Source: Patescibacteria group bacterium | GTDB lineage: Bacteria > Patescibacteriota > Patescibacteriia > Magasanikbacterales > GWA2-37-8 | NCBI GenBank assembly: GCA_041661385.1 | Contig: JBAZUP010000001.1 | Location: 640,907 to 704,906, forward strand | DNA: 64,000 nucleotides | Reading direction: 5' to 3' | Shown here: in pieces, positions 1 through 9,358 of the stretch | How positions within the stretch are numbered: position 1 is the first letter of the stretch | How the letters are laid out: each line of letters begins with the position of its first letter | The notes under the pieces: model-generated | Told to the model about the DNA's origin: nothing | The model's database searches: none | Seen by the model: only the letters and a program-made list of their open reading frames with translations | Made by a program: the position numbers and the translations under genes

Positions 1-102
1 GCCCTAAATAATTTTGATGGAGCAATTATTTTAGTCAGCCATGCCTACGATTTTATTGAAGAAATAAAAATTGATCAAACCTTAGACTTGGGAGCGCTAT
101 AA
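1..102 (+). CDS. ABC-type ATPase, C-terminal fragment (5' end outside window)
   Basis: ORF runs in from window edge to TAA at 100-102; ALNNFDGAIILVSHAYDFIEE resembles the C-terminal region of ABC-F-type ATPases. Confidence 0.3.
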   Translation, partial: ALNNFDGAIILVSHAYDFIEEIKIDQTLDLGAL

Positions 103-134
103 TTTCTAGCGAGCCAACAAACGAAAATTTATTT

Positions 135-434
135 TCACTTGTGGCGAGCGACGTAATTATATACCCGGTGCGAAGCAGCGGGTATATAAAAATTTTTTAT
201 CAAAATTAACTTTTCCGTCCGGGAAAGTTTTTTTATTTTTATTTCTCTTTTCAGAGCAGCGGAAAGAGTTTTGTATTTTTCAAAATATACTAAATTTACC
301 GGCCTACGGCCGCGGGTATACTTTGCACCGGCTTTACCACCATTGTGGTCACTCAATCGTTTTTCAATGTTGTTCGTGTAGCCGGTATAAAGCGAACCAT
401 CAGAACACCTAAGAATGTATACAGTATACTGCAC
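135..434 (-). CDS. GIY-YIG nuclease family protein
   Basis: 99 aa; YILRCSDGSLYTGYTNNIEKRLSDHN is a canonical GIY-YIG motif. Confidence 0.8.
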   Translation of the reverse strand: MQYTVYILRCSDGSLYTGYTNNIEKRLSDHNGGKAGAKYTRGRRPVNLVYFEKYKTLSAALKREIKIKKLSRTEKLILIKNFYIPAASHRVYNYVARHK

Positions 435-1087
435 ATTTTTAAATTAAAAATACTCACTTTTGCCCTTATTTTACACGATTTTCTCGTTTGCAGCAATTTA
501 AATTAGTTGCGCACCACTTATCCACCGACTGTGCACTTTTTATCAATATAATCCTTGCCAATTATCTCATTGGGTATTTAATAACGAGATAGTGTGTGAT
601 TTTAATCCACGATTCAACTTCAGCAAAACAAACAAACTGATTGTGGCAGTTTCTGCCGAAAAATCAACAAGCTACTAAGCGAACCCCTAAGTTAATCTTT
701 ACAATTAACTTAGGAGCTCATCTTTCCGACTTAACCGAATATTTATCGCTAAGGTTAATAAAGGAAAATATGAAGCAATGGGCAAATAAAACAAGGAATG
801 TTATCAGATGTTTATATTTGAGAATGTTTCGAACACGCATTAATCCGTCAATGCGGGTATTATTTGTTAATTTTTTTGGATTAATATTTTTAAAAAGACA
901 AATTTAGTTTGTCTTTTTTTATTATTATTCAAAAAAATTTAATTATTAACTCGGTTAAACAAAGAGGGTGTCACTTCCACCAAACCAAAAGGTCGAATGG
1001 TATGAGGTGATTATTAAAAAAATTTAACCGGCAACCTAGCTGATTTTTATAATAAATAGGAAAAACCAGCGGGATAATAAATATCAT

Positions 1088-1966
1088 ATGAATAAAAAAA
1101 TATTTTTAAGCTTCGCGATGATTGCAGCGGTCGCAGCGATTGGCATTGGCGCTACTACTGCTTTTTTCGCGGATACTGAAACATCAACTGGCAACACTTT
1201 CACAGCCGGTGCGATTGATTTAACTGTTGATAGCACGGCGCACTACGACGGGCTTATTTGCGTGGCAAATATTGATGCGCCCGGCTACCATTGGGCACTC
1301 GAAAATGCGCAAGTACCTTCAACTCGGCCTGATTTGATTGATAAGGCCTGCGGTGGCAGTTGGCTACTTACCAATCTTGGCCCGACCAATCAATTCTTCA
1401 ACATCAGCGACCTCAAACCGGGCGACCAGGGTGAAAATACTATCTCGCTTCACGTCGATAACAACGATGCGTATGCGTGTGCAGATGTAAGAATCACCTC
1501 CAACGCAGAAAACAGTGTTCTTCAACCGGAAATTGCTGTCGGCGACAGCACTACCACTGTTGGAAACTTTGACGGCGAACTAGCACAGAATGTTAATTTC
1601 TTTGCCTGGGCCGATAATGGCGTTACTAGTACTGACGGCCAAATTGGAAAAGGTGACAATGTTTGGCAAGTTGGTGAACCGGCTCTCTTCACAAACGGTG
1701 TTGGCCCTGCGAGTGATGTGCTTGGCGGCAAAAGCTATATGTTAGCTGGCCCCGGTAATGCACTTCCTAGCGGAAGCACCAGTTATATCGGTCTAGCCTG
1801 GTGTGCGGGCAGCATGACTGCCGTTAACGGTGTCATAACTTGTAACGGAGCTGCGATGGGAAATATTACTCAAACTGACTCCATGACTGCAGATGTTACC
1901 TTTCGAGTCGAGCAGGCCAGAAACAACCCAAACTTCACCTGCGTTCTTCCACAACTTGTTGAATAA
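1088..1966 (+). CDS. camelysin/TasA-family (peptidase M73-like) secreted protein with SipW-cognate signal peptide
   Basis: N-terminus MNKKIFLSFAMIAAVAAIGIGATTAFFADTETSTGNTFTAGAIDL matches the SipW-cognate signal class plus TasA/camelysin N-terminal core (NLKPGD-like motif present); lies upstream of sipW. Confidence 0.8.
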   Translation: MNKKIFLSFAMIAAVAAIGIGATTAFFADTETSTGNTFTAGAIDLTVDSTAHYDGLICVANIDAPGYHWALENAQVPSTRPDLIDKACGGSWLLTNLGPTNQFFNISDLKPGDQGENTISLHVDNNDAYACADVRITSNAENSVLQPEIAVGDSTTTVGNFDGELAQNVNFFAWADNGVTSTDGQIGKGDNVWQVGEPALFTNGVGPASDVLGGKSYMLAGPGNALPSGSTSYIGLAWCAGSMTAVNGVITCNGAAMGNITQTDSMTADVTFRVEQARNNPNFTCVLPQLVE

Positions 1967-1987
1967 TTTATCCTAAGCTTAATTTAG

Positions 1988-2013
1988 CCTACCCTGATTT
2001 AACTCAGGGTAGG
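1988..2013 (+). terminator. intergenic stem-loop between tandem camelysin-like genes (partial terminator/attenuator candidate)
   Basis: cctaccctga-tttaac-tcagggtagg perfect 10-bp stem; no strong U-tract. Confidence 0.3.
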
Positions 2014-2027
2014 TATACAAGGCGAAT

Positions 2028-3434
2028 ATGAAAAAAATAATAATAAGCCTTGGGATAATCCTGAGTATCGTGGCTGTAATCGGAATAACCGGAACAAGGG
2101 CCTTTCTTTCTGACTCAGAAAAGTCAGTTGGCAACACTTTCACAGCCGGAGCCATTGATCTGAAAGTTGATAATGAAAGCTATTACAACGGCGCTATTTC
2201 GCAAGCGACCACTTTTGGTCCGAGCGACCTAATCGACGGAAAATTGCTTATCAACTTTAGAGATTTGAAACCGGACGACGAAGGTGAAGACACCATTTCT
2301 TTGCATGTGAATAATAATGACGCTTGGCTCTGTATGGATATGTCACTCACCACCAATGACGACATTTCCTCTAATGAGCCAGAGCTCGGAACCGGCGACG
2401 CCCCAGAAGATATCAATAATACCTGGGACGGAGAGCTGGCCGACAATGTGCGAATGATCTGGTGGGCCGATGATGGCGATAATGTGCTTGAAGTCGGAGA
2501 ACCGCTGTTAAATGGCGGGGTCAAAACGGTCAAGGATTTCTTTGGCCCGAACCTGACTTCCTCAATAGATCTCGTTGATGCCACGACCAATGTCTGGAAT
2601 CCAAACCAGTTGGGACCAGCGGTAGGCGGCCAAGATTATTACATCGGCAAAGCCTGGTGTTTTGGCACAATGGCTGAAGCTCGCGTCGCACAAGACGGAC
2701 AAGGCAAATTGCCTGATAGTACCAATGGCCCATTAGTTCGGGGAACCGGCACAACCTGTAATGGCGCCGCTCTCGGCAACCAGACACAGACCGATGGCGT
2801 AACCATGAATATTGCATTCCGAGCAATGCAGGCAAGGCACAACACGGGCTATACCTGTGATACAGAGCAACGCCTGGCAACGATTACTGTCACCAAACAA
2901 ATCATCAATGACAACGGCGGCAACAATGTTGTCGGCGATTACCAGTTGTTTGTCAGTGATGGCGCAAACACCATTCCTCTCACTTCCGGAGTTCCAACTG
3001 TAGTGCCAGTAGGCAACTACATCGTTACGGAGACTGGGGTGCAGGGATATGTCGGTTCCTTCGCGGGACCAGATTGCAACTCAGTAGGCCAAATTACTTT
3101 ACTTGAAGGAGATAGTAAAGCTTGCACGGTCGTAAATAACGACCTGCCGCCGAATATCACTTTGATAAAGAATGTGCTTAGTGGAACAGCCAACCCCTCA
3201 ACCTTTGGGTTGAAGGTCGATGGCGCCTTAGTACAAAATGGCTCATCGGTCGCGGTGACATCCAACGCACCTCATGCGATTACCGAAGACGGCTTACCTG
3301 GTTATACGTTTGTCGGACCAATTACCGGCACCTCTAACTACGGTCAATCCTGCCCGACTACTTTGGGTGGATCCATAACACTAGCCGAAGGCGAAGCGAT
3401 TGTTTGCACTATTAATAACGCTCTAACGCCATAA
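2028..3434 (+). CDS. camelysin/TasA-family secreted protein with two C-terminal beta-sandwich (prealbumin/Cna-B-like) repeats
   Basis: N-terminus GITGTRAFLSDSEKSVGNTFTAGAIDLKVDN parallels preceding gene; C-terminal ~90-aa duplicated module (NYIVTETGVQGY... / GYTFVGPITGTSNYGQSCP...). Confidence 0.8.
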   Translation: MKKIIISLGIILSIVAVIGITGTRAFLSDSEKSVGNTFTAGAIDLKVDNESYYNGAISQATTFGPSDLIDGKLLINFRDLKPDDEGEDTISLHVNNNDAWLCMDMSLTTNDDISSNEPELGTGDAPEDINNTWDGELADNVRMIWWADDGDNVLEVGEPLLNGGVKTVKDFFGPNLTSSIDLVDATTNVWNPNQLGPAVGGQDYYIGKAWCFGTMAEARVAQDGQGKLPDSTNGPLVRGTGTTCNGAALGNQTQTDGVTMNIAFRAMQARHNTGYTCDTEQRLATITVTKQIINDNGGNNVVGDYQLFVSDGANTIPLTSGVPTVVPVGNYIVTETGVQGYVGSFAGPDCNSVGQITLLEGDSKACTVVNNDLPPNITLIKNVLSGTANPSTFGLKVDGALVQNGSSVAVTSNAPHAITEDGLPGYTFVGPITGTSNYGQSCPTTLGGSITLAEGEAIVCTINNALTP

Positions 3435-3549
3435 TAATCTCAAAAAATCCTAAAGGCTAAAAAAGAATACGAATTCTTTGAGGCTGCCCCATCGGACCAA
3501 GGCCGAAAGGGACAGCCGATTGAGGATTTGAAAAACTAACTATAATTAA

Positions 3550-4086
3550 ATGAAAATATTCAATATCATCTATTATTTGTTCTTTGGCTGTATCTGCACG
3601 ATTGCAACTCTTTTACTCGTTTCAATTTTTCCGATTACTGGAAATATCAAAATTATGTCCGTACTTTCCGGTTCAATGGAACCGGCAATCAAGACCGGCA
3701 GTATTGTAATTGTTAAACCGGCCGCAGATTATAAAGTCGGCGACATTATCACCTTCGGTAAGATCAGCAGAACGCAAACCCCAATCACACACCGCATCAA
3801 CGAAATCAAAGGCCTGGGCGCAACACGGATATTTATTACCAAAGGCGACGCTAACAATGCGCCTGATAGCAAAGAAGTAAGGCTGGGTGAAATTGTCGGC
3901 AAAGAAATACTAACCGTTCCATATGTTGGTTACGCTATCAACACCGCCAAAAAACCTTGGGGCTTCGCGCTAATAATTATGATCCCCGCTTTGCTTATAG
4001 TCTTTGATGAAGGGAAAAAAATATGGGATGAAATAATAAAAATAAAAAATAATAAAAAAAATGAAATCCAAAATCAAGAAAATTAA
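3550..4086 (+). CDS. sipW: signal peptidase I, SipW/archaeal-ER type (S26B)
   Basis: 178 aa; N-terminal TM, SGSMEP catalytic-Ser box, ITHRI and GDANN boxes; closely parallels Bacillus SipW. Confidence 0.85.
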   Translation: MKIFNIIYYLFFGCICTIATLLLVSIFPITGNIKIMSVLSGSMEPAIKTGSIVIVKPAADYKVGDIITFGKISRTQTPITHRINEIKGLGATRIFITKGDANNAPDSKEVRLGEIVGKEILTVPYVGYAINTAKKPWGFALIIMIPALLIVFDEGKKIWDEIIKIKNNKKNEIQNQEN

Positions 4087-6547
4087 AAAAGCTTTAAACA
4101 AAGCCCGCGCAAAAAAACACTCGGTATTTTTAGTGAAACCTGTTGCGTTTGGTTTTTCCCACCGACCACTGATGCGCGTGTGTGCCACAATTTTACTTTT
4201 CACCATGTGCGCGCTGCAATTGCGCGGCGTAAGTGGCACCCGTGCTTTTCTTTCCAATTTAGAAACATCCACCGACAATACTTTTACTGCCGGCACTTTG
4301 GATTTCAGCCTATCTTCGCAAGTCTCAACCACTTCCACCTGCGCCGCTTTTGGTAAACCTATCAAAAAAACTATTAGCATCACCAATCTTGGCAACTCAT
4401 TCCGATATCAGGCGAAAGCCGGCGAATTAGCCGGCGCGGTTTGCGATTATGTCTGGCTAGAAGCCAGTCTCAGCTCCGAATTAAAATATTCTGGACTCGC
4501 CAAAGATTTTGATTATGGCCTGACTGAATTCACTGACCCAAATGCCTGGGGTTTTTCACTATATTTTTCATCTACCACGCCAGCGAACCTGCAAGGACAA
4601 ACTTGTGAATTTAATTTCGATTTTCTGGGTCAGCAAACTCGGAACAATCTGGTATTTCCAACCGGTTTTTCTGATCGAGAAATTTCTACAACAACCTTGC
4701 AAGCGCCATATTGCGAGGATTTTGAAGTTCGTTCCGTGGGATATTGGAGAACCCATTCATCCATTTATCTTCCACTTTTGCCAGTGTTTCTTGGCGCTAC
4801 TACCACCCTACCAAACGGACAACCGACCAGCACCAACGAAATGATCAATACCCAAACCAAGGTAAATAATATCTTCAATGCCTCCAACAGCATAATGCTC
4901 AACAAACTAAAAAAACAATTGCTTGCAATGAAATTTAATATATTTAATTTCCATATTGATGCCTATGTGCCGCCAGAAAGTTCTGATGATATGGATACGA
5001 TTGTGGCACAGGCCGACGCGCTGCTCCGTCGTATCCCAGCAGCTCCCGATACCGAACTGGAGGTAATGAAAAATCTTTTGGAAAGTATTAATATCGCGAT
5101 TTCATTACGGATTTGCACGTGTGAACCACCCCCGCCACCAAACAGTTGCGCGCTGCGCATTACCAAAACATCTAACAAAACAGAAGTTGCGCCGGGCGAT
5201 ATTATAACCTATCATTTAACGCTAGATAACTATGGCACCAAAGTTTGTACTGGTGGCGGCGTACGTATTGATGATAACTACCCCTCTACGCTTGAATATA
5301 TCGGCTATACCGTTAACCGCACTCTCAGCTACGATAATATATCAACAGGAGTTATTGAGTGGAATTTTGGCAATGTCTATCCCAACGATCCGCTGATTGA
5401 AATAGATCTTAAATTGAAAGTTGCTAACAATGCTGATTATACCAAGGCGGCTTGTGGTTCGATTATAACCAACTCGGCCAAATACTGGTCCAACCAAACC
5501 GATTGGGGCACGCCGGTAACCGCTGAAAGCAAGGTTGTCTGCTCGGCGCCGGGAACACCAACGGTCGTCCTCAATGAATTTTTACCAAACCCCATCGGTG
5601 CGGATAACGCGAATAAACCCGGCGGCGAATGGATAGAACTTTACAACCTAAGCACCAGTTCTGTTGATGTGAACGGCTGGGCGCTTTACGACGAATCCGA
5701 TTTACATAAACTCCTCATCACGCCGGCAATTACTAACACCGGATTAACCGTGATTCCTGGAGGCGGGTTCTTGGTAGTTTATCGCAACGGTAGTTCAAGT
5801 TTTGCTCTGGATAATGTTGGCGGGGATTCAGTCCGACTATTTGATGGTCAAATTTCGAATGGCGCAAATTTAATTGATTCATTTGTTTACTCGGAAGACG
5901 CGCCCGCAGGCAAATCTTTCGCCCGCATTCCTGATGGTTCCAGCAATTGGGTTGATCCAACCCCGACTCCTGGTGAAGAAAACTCTTTACTCGACGCCTT
6001 TGCTTTCTTCGGCCCGGCTGTACCAGAAGAAGGTGAAGACGATTATATTGCACTCATACCAGAACAAATTACTACCGATTCGTTAGCAACAAAAACAAGC
6101 AGTGTCATCATTGAACCAACAACTACTTTAGAAATAGTAACTAGTAGTGAGATCATTGCACCGGTGACCACCTCAACTGAGCCAGTAACAGAAATTTTAA
6201 TAAATAATTCCCCGGACCAAGGTGCGACATCTTCGCCGATGACTACTTCGTCCACGGTAAGTTTACCAACCGCAGAGCCGACTGTGCCGCTTGATGAAAT
6301 AGCAACTCCGCCAATCCAAGAACCGGTAGTTGCGCCTATTATTGAAACAACAATCATACCGGAACCAACTGAACAATCGACAGCTCCAACTACCGAAACA
6401 ATCGAGCCGGTTACTACCCCGGAAACACCGGTGATTCCAGAAAATACAAGCGACACAATTCAAGTCGAAAGCCCGATTGCTACAATGCCACCAGAAGCAA
6501 TAATACCAACGGCACCAACGGTAACCGATAACGGCTCCGGTGCATAA
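4061..6547 (+). CDS. large secreted/cell-surface protein: SipW-cognate signal, camelysin-like core, DUF11-like domain, lamin-tail-like domain, Pro/Thr/Glu-rich tail
   Basis: GVSGTRAFLSNLETSTDNTFTAGTLDF signal; PGDIITYHLTLDNYGTKV... resembles DUF11; LNEFLPNP...GEWIELYNLS...VNGWALYD resembles lamin-tail domain; start may be the in-frame ATG at 4172 rather than 4061 (overlaps sipW). Confidence 0.7.
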   Translation: MKSKIKKIKKALNKARAKKHSVFLVKPVAFGFSHRPLMRVCATILLFTMCALQLRGVSGTRAFLSNLETSTDNTFTAGTLDFSLSSQVSTTSTCAAFGKPIKKTISITNLGNSFRYQAKAGELAGAVCDYVWLEASLSSELKYSGLAKDFDYGLTEFTDPNAWGFSLYFSSTTPANLQGQTCEFNFDFLGQQTRNNLVFPTGFSDREISTTTLQAPYCEDFEVRSVGYWRTHSSIYLPLLPVFLGATTTLPNGQPTSTNEMINTQTKVNNIFNASNSIMLNKLKKQLLAMKFNIFNFHIDAYVPPESSDDMDTIVAQADALLRRIPAAPDTELEVMKNLLESINIAISLRICTCEPPPPPNSCALRITKTSNKTEVAPGDIITYHLTLDNYGTKVCTGGGVRIDDNYPSTLEYIGYTVNRTLSYDNISTGVIEWNFGNVYPNDPLIEIDLKLKVANNADYTKAACGSIITNSAKYWSNQTDWGTPVTAESKVVCSAPGTPTVVLNEFLPNPIGADNANKPGGEWIELYNLSTSSVDVNGWALYDESDLHKLLITPAITNTGLTVIPGGGFLVVYRNGSSSFALDNVGGDSVRLFDGQISNGANLIDSFVYSEDAPAGKSFARIPDGSSNWVDPTPTPGEENSLLDAFAFFGPAVPEEGEDDYIALIPEQITTDSLATKTSSVIIEPTTTLEIVTSSEIIAPVTTSTEPVTEILINNSPDQGATSSPMTTSSTVSLPTAEPTVPLDEIATPPIQEPVVAPIIETTIIPEPTEQSTAPTTETIEPVTTPETPVIPENTSDTIQVESPIATMPPEAIIPTAPTVTDNGSGA

Positions 6548-6558
6548 AAAATAATAAA

Positions 6559-7695
6559 ATGAAAACATCCGAACTAAAATTCCAACTCCTAAAATTATCC
6601 GCGCTTGTTGTCGCGTGGTTATTTGTATTCAATCCATTACCCGCAAAAGCTGGCAACATCGCTGATATATATTTTGAACAGTCACCGCTGTTTGGGTCAA
6701 CAGATATTGTACCAGGTGATACCGTTGCGAAGTGGGTAAGGGTAATAAATAAAGTGAATGATAATCTAATCGTGACGACTGCGGCTTCTAGTGTAATTAA
6801 TGATGATCATTTAGGTGATCGGCTAAATTTAATAATTAAAAAAAATGGCGTTCTAATTTATTCCGGAACAATGTCAGAATTTTTCACAGCCTCTGAAACG
6901 ATACTCGGCACCATAGCTCCTTACCAAACCGGTCAATATTATTTTACCGTGTCATTCGATAATGCTGCGGGAAATAATTTTCAAGAAAAAACCTTATCTT
7001 TTGATATTGCCGTTTCCGCCCAAGTTTCAGAATCAATTGGCGGCGAAACCCAGGCACCTCAAGGTGGTAGCTCCGGCAACAGTGAATATATTATCAGCGA
7101 TTTAAATTTAACAAATATCAGCGCAAACCTTGTATCAAATCTTTCCACTTCTTCTATCACTATTACTTGGCTTACCAATAAGGCGGCTACATCACGGGTT
7201 GTATATGATACTGTGCCGCACCCCGATCTATCTATGGCTCTGCCACCAAATTACGGATATGCTTCTTCCACCATGCTTGATACAAATAAAGTTACGAGCC
7301 ATTCCGTCACAATTTCCGGATTACTCCTCGGGCAAGCATATTATCTAAGGCCGATTTCTGCAGCATCGCCGGAAAAATTTGGAGCCGAGTTGGCAGTCAT
7401 ACCAAGTGGCGCGGAGCAAATAAATAATACCCAAACTTATAAAAATAACAGCGCAACATATGTTCCAGCTGAATCGCCGGAGAATGAAATCAAAAATATA
7501 AAAATTGCACAAACTGTCCCGATTGCTTCGCCAAGGAGTGAAATCAAAGGCATAAAAATTTCCCGTACTTCCGGCGCCAATAACTTAACCGAATCTGGAA
7601 TCGGCCCTCTGGAGATTGTCTTTTCGGGAGTAAGCATCCTGATTTTGTTTTCTCTCAGAATATTATTAAAGAAAAATAGCGTAGTTACAGATTGA
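6559..7695 (+). CDS. secreted protein with camelysin-like N-domain, FN3-like domain and C-terminal TM anchor
   Basis: 378 aa; signal peptide; IVPGDTVAKWVRVINKVNDNL resembles TasA core; ITITWLTNKAATSRVVYDT FN3-like; hydrophobic C-terminus. Confidence 0.55.
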   Translation: MKTSELKFQLLKLSALVVAWLFVFNPLPAKAGNIADIYFEQSPLFGSTDIVPGDTVAKWVRVINKVNDNLIVTTAASSVINDDHLGDRLNLIIKKNGVLIYSGTMSEFFTASETILGTIAPYQTGQYYFTVSFDNAAGNNFQEKTLSFDIAVSAQVSESIGGETQAPQGGSSGNSEYIISDLNLTNISANLVSNLSTSSITITWLTNKAATSRVVYDTVPHPDLSMALPPNYGYASSTMLDTNKVTSHSVTISGLLLGQAYYLRPISAASPEKFGAELAVIPSGAEQINNTQTYKNNSATYVPAESPENEIKNIKIAQTVPIASPRSEIKGIKISRTSGANNLTESGIGPLEIVFSGVSILILFSLRILLKKNSVVTD

Positions 7696-7719
7696 GATTT
7701 TTTCTGTTTAAAAATAATA

Positions 7720-7748
7720 GGCCCTAGGTGCAATTCGCACCTAGGGCC
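7720..7748. terminator. GC-rich perfect hairpin between convergent genes (bidirectional terminator candidate)
   Basis: ggccctaggtg-caattcg-cacctagggcc, 11-bp perfect arms. Confidence 0.5.
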
Positions 7749-7766
7749 GGTCTCCCGATTTGGGAG

Positions 7767-8975
7767 TTACTTCTTCTCCCCCGTTGTGGTGAGCCTCGCG
7801 TCTTCGGCCACCTTTACGCGGTCGAATACATAAACGCACTTCTCACCTTCGGCAGCGCCGCAGGGGTTGTCTTTCCTCTCCTTCACTTTCACCCAGTGAC
7901 CAGTGTCCTTGAGGACGCTGATCTTGGGCACATCGAGCCGGATCTTTTCTTCCACCTTCGGTTCAGGCTTCACTTCAACCTTCACCTCGGGCTTCTTGCT
8001 TGCAAGCTCGATGTCTGCAACCTTCAACGCGGAATTCACGTCGTACACGCAGTCAACAGCGACCACGCCAACGACACCGAGTGAAGAGTTGTTTGAAAGG
8101 CCGAGCCCTACACCAAGCGCCTTGTCGGCGGCATAGTTTGCAGCTCCGCTCGAGCTACCCCCTTGGCCATCTTGGCCGACCGTGAGGTAGACCTGATGAC
8201 CGTAGACGGTGACAATCTTGCGATTGAACGGAGCCGGGATGAGAACCTCATCCACCAGGAACGGCTTTTCATTGTCGAAACCATCGAGCATGCCGTGCAT
8301 CGTCTGCACGCGAACACCCGTCTGCCACAGACCAAAGATCTGTGGAACATGAGCATTGCGCTCGAATGGGCGAACCATGACCCTACGGCCGCAGTCGCCC
8401 ATCTTCTCGAGACGAACACCGCCCATGGCGATGGTGGTCGGAAGCGACGGCGGCTGCACCGGGAAGAAAGTGAGCTCCCGGCTGTTGTCGACATTGGTCG
8501 TGGTCTGATTGACCACCGCACCTCCGCCATTGCCGGAGTTTTCCACCTTCGCCTTGCCGCCCTCAGCGTTTCCGCCAGTTGCATTTCCGCCGGCAGCATT
8601 GCCACCCGCGCCACCAGCACCTCCTTGCGAGGTGGAAGAAGACGAGGCGTCGCCTGTCCTCACATCTCCGGTATGAACCGAAGTGTTCTGGTCACCAGTG
8701 GTGGAGGTCGAGGTAGAACCCGACTGTGCGTTGCCGCCAGTTGCCGTCGAAGCAGAGTTCGACGCCGAGTTGGCATTCGCGGTGACCTGTTGATTCTGGT
8801 CTTGAGACTGATGTTGGTTCTGATCCTGCTTCTGGTTCTGAGTCTGGGTCTGATTCAGGTTGCACGGCTTTCCCTTGGGGTGGCCGTGCTTTTCATCATC
8901 GCAGGCGAAAGCCGACGAAACGAAAAGGAATTGAACGAAAACCGCGAACACTGCCGCAAGCATCTTTTTTGACAT
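7767..8975 (-). CDS. GC-rich secreted protein of unknown function, Gln/Asn/Gly/Ser-rich low-complexity N-half (compositional island A)
   Basis: ATG at 8975 preceded by GGAGG (8983-8987 complement); MSKKMLAAVFAVFVQFLFVSSAFA signal peptide; strong GC3 codon bias unlike flanks; ORF-track start 9047 is an upstream in-frame alternative. Confidence 0.55.
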   Translation of the reverse strand: MSKKMLAAVFAVFVQFLFVSSAFACDDEKHGHPKGKPCNLNQTQTQNQKQDQNQHQSQDQNQQVTANANSASNSASTATGGNAQSGSTSTSTTGDQNTSVHTGDVRTGDASSSSTSQGGAGGAGGNAAGGNATGGNAEGGKAKVENSGNGGGAVVNQTTTNVDNSRELTFFPVQPPSLPTTIAMGGVRLEKMGDCGRRVMVRPFERNAHVPQIFGLWQTGVRVQTMHGMLDGFDNEKPFLVDEVLIPAPFNRKIVTVYGHQVYLTVGQDGQGGSSSGAANYAADKALGVGLGLSNNSSLGVVGVVAVDCVYDVNSALKVADIELASKKPEVKVEVKPEPKVEEKIRLDVPKISVLKDTGHWVKVKERKDNPCGAAEGEKCVYVFDRVKVAEDARLTTTGEKK

Positions 8976-9255
8976 CGAACTGCCTCCGTGGGTGAAAATC
9001 GATTGACCATCAACTTTCTTCATTGCGCAATTGTTGCTTTTGCACAACTGAAGATTCTATCATTTTTTTACCATATTGTCAATGATATATCGATATATTT
9101 AACTGAGCTCCAATCGTATTATCAACCGTAGAATTACCCCAAATCACTTAAAAACCGCCCTTACTTGGTTTATGCACCCTGTTCTACCCTTGATTTTTCA
9201 AAATATTTATGCTATTCTAGTCAAACAAAAATTGATGTTTTTACGCTAATAAAGC

Positions 9256-9341
9256 GGAGAGGTGGCCGAGCGGTTTAAGGCAACAGTCTTGAAAACTGTC
9301 GTGCCTAATAAGCACCGTGAGTTCGAATCTCACCCTCTCCG
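9256..9341 (+). tRNA. tRNA-Ser (anticodon TGA)
   Basis: GGAGAGG...CCTCTCC acceptor, long variable arm, anticodon loop CTTGAAA, T-arm GAGTTCGAATCTC. Confidence 0.9.
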
Positions 9342-9358
9342 CTTTGTTAGTAATAAAC

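Noticed and set aside
641-907. 88-aa ORF in the AT-rich region upstream of the camelysin operon
   Set aside because: Low-complexity AT-rich translation with no RBS; more likely promoter/leader DNA for the 1088 gene.
8108-8972. ORF-track ORFs 8108-8620 (-) and 8163-8972 (+) overlapping the island A gene
   Set aside because: GC-rich DNA yields long stop-free frames by chance. Neither has an RBS. Both are fully nested in the 7767-8975 gene, which has a signal peptide and a GGAGG RBS.
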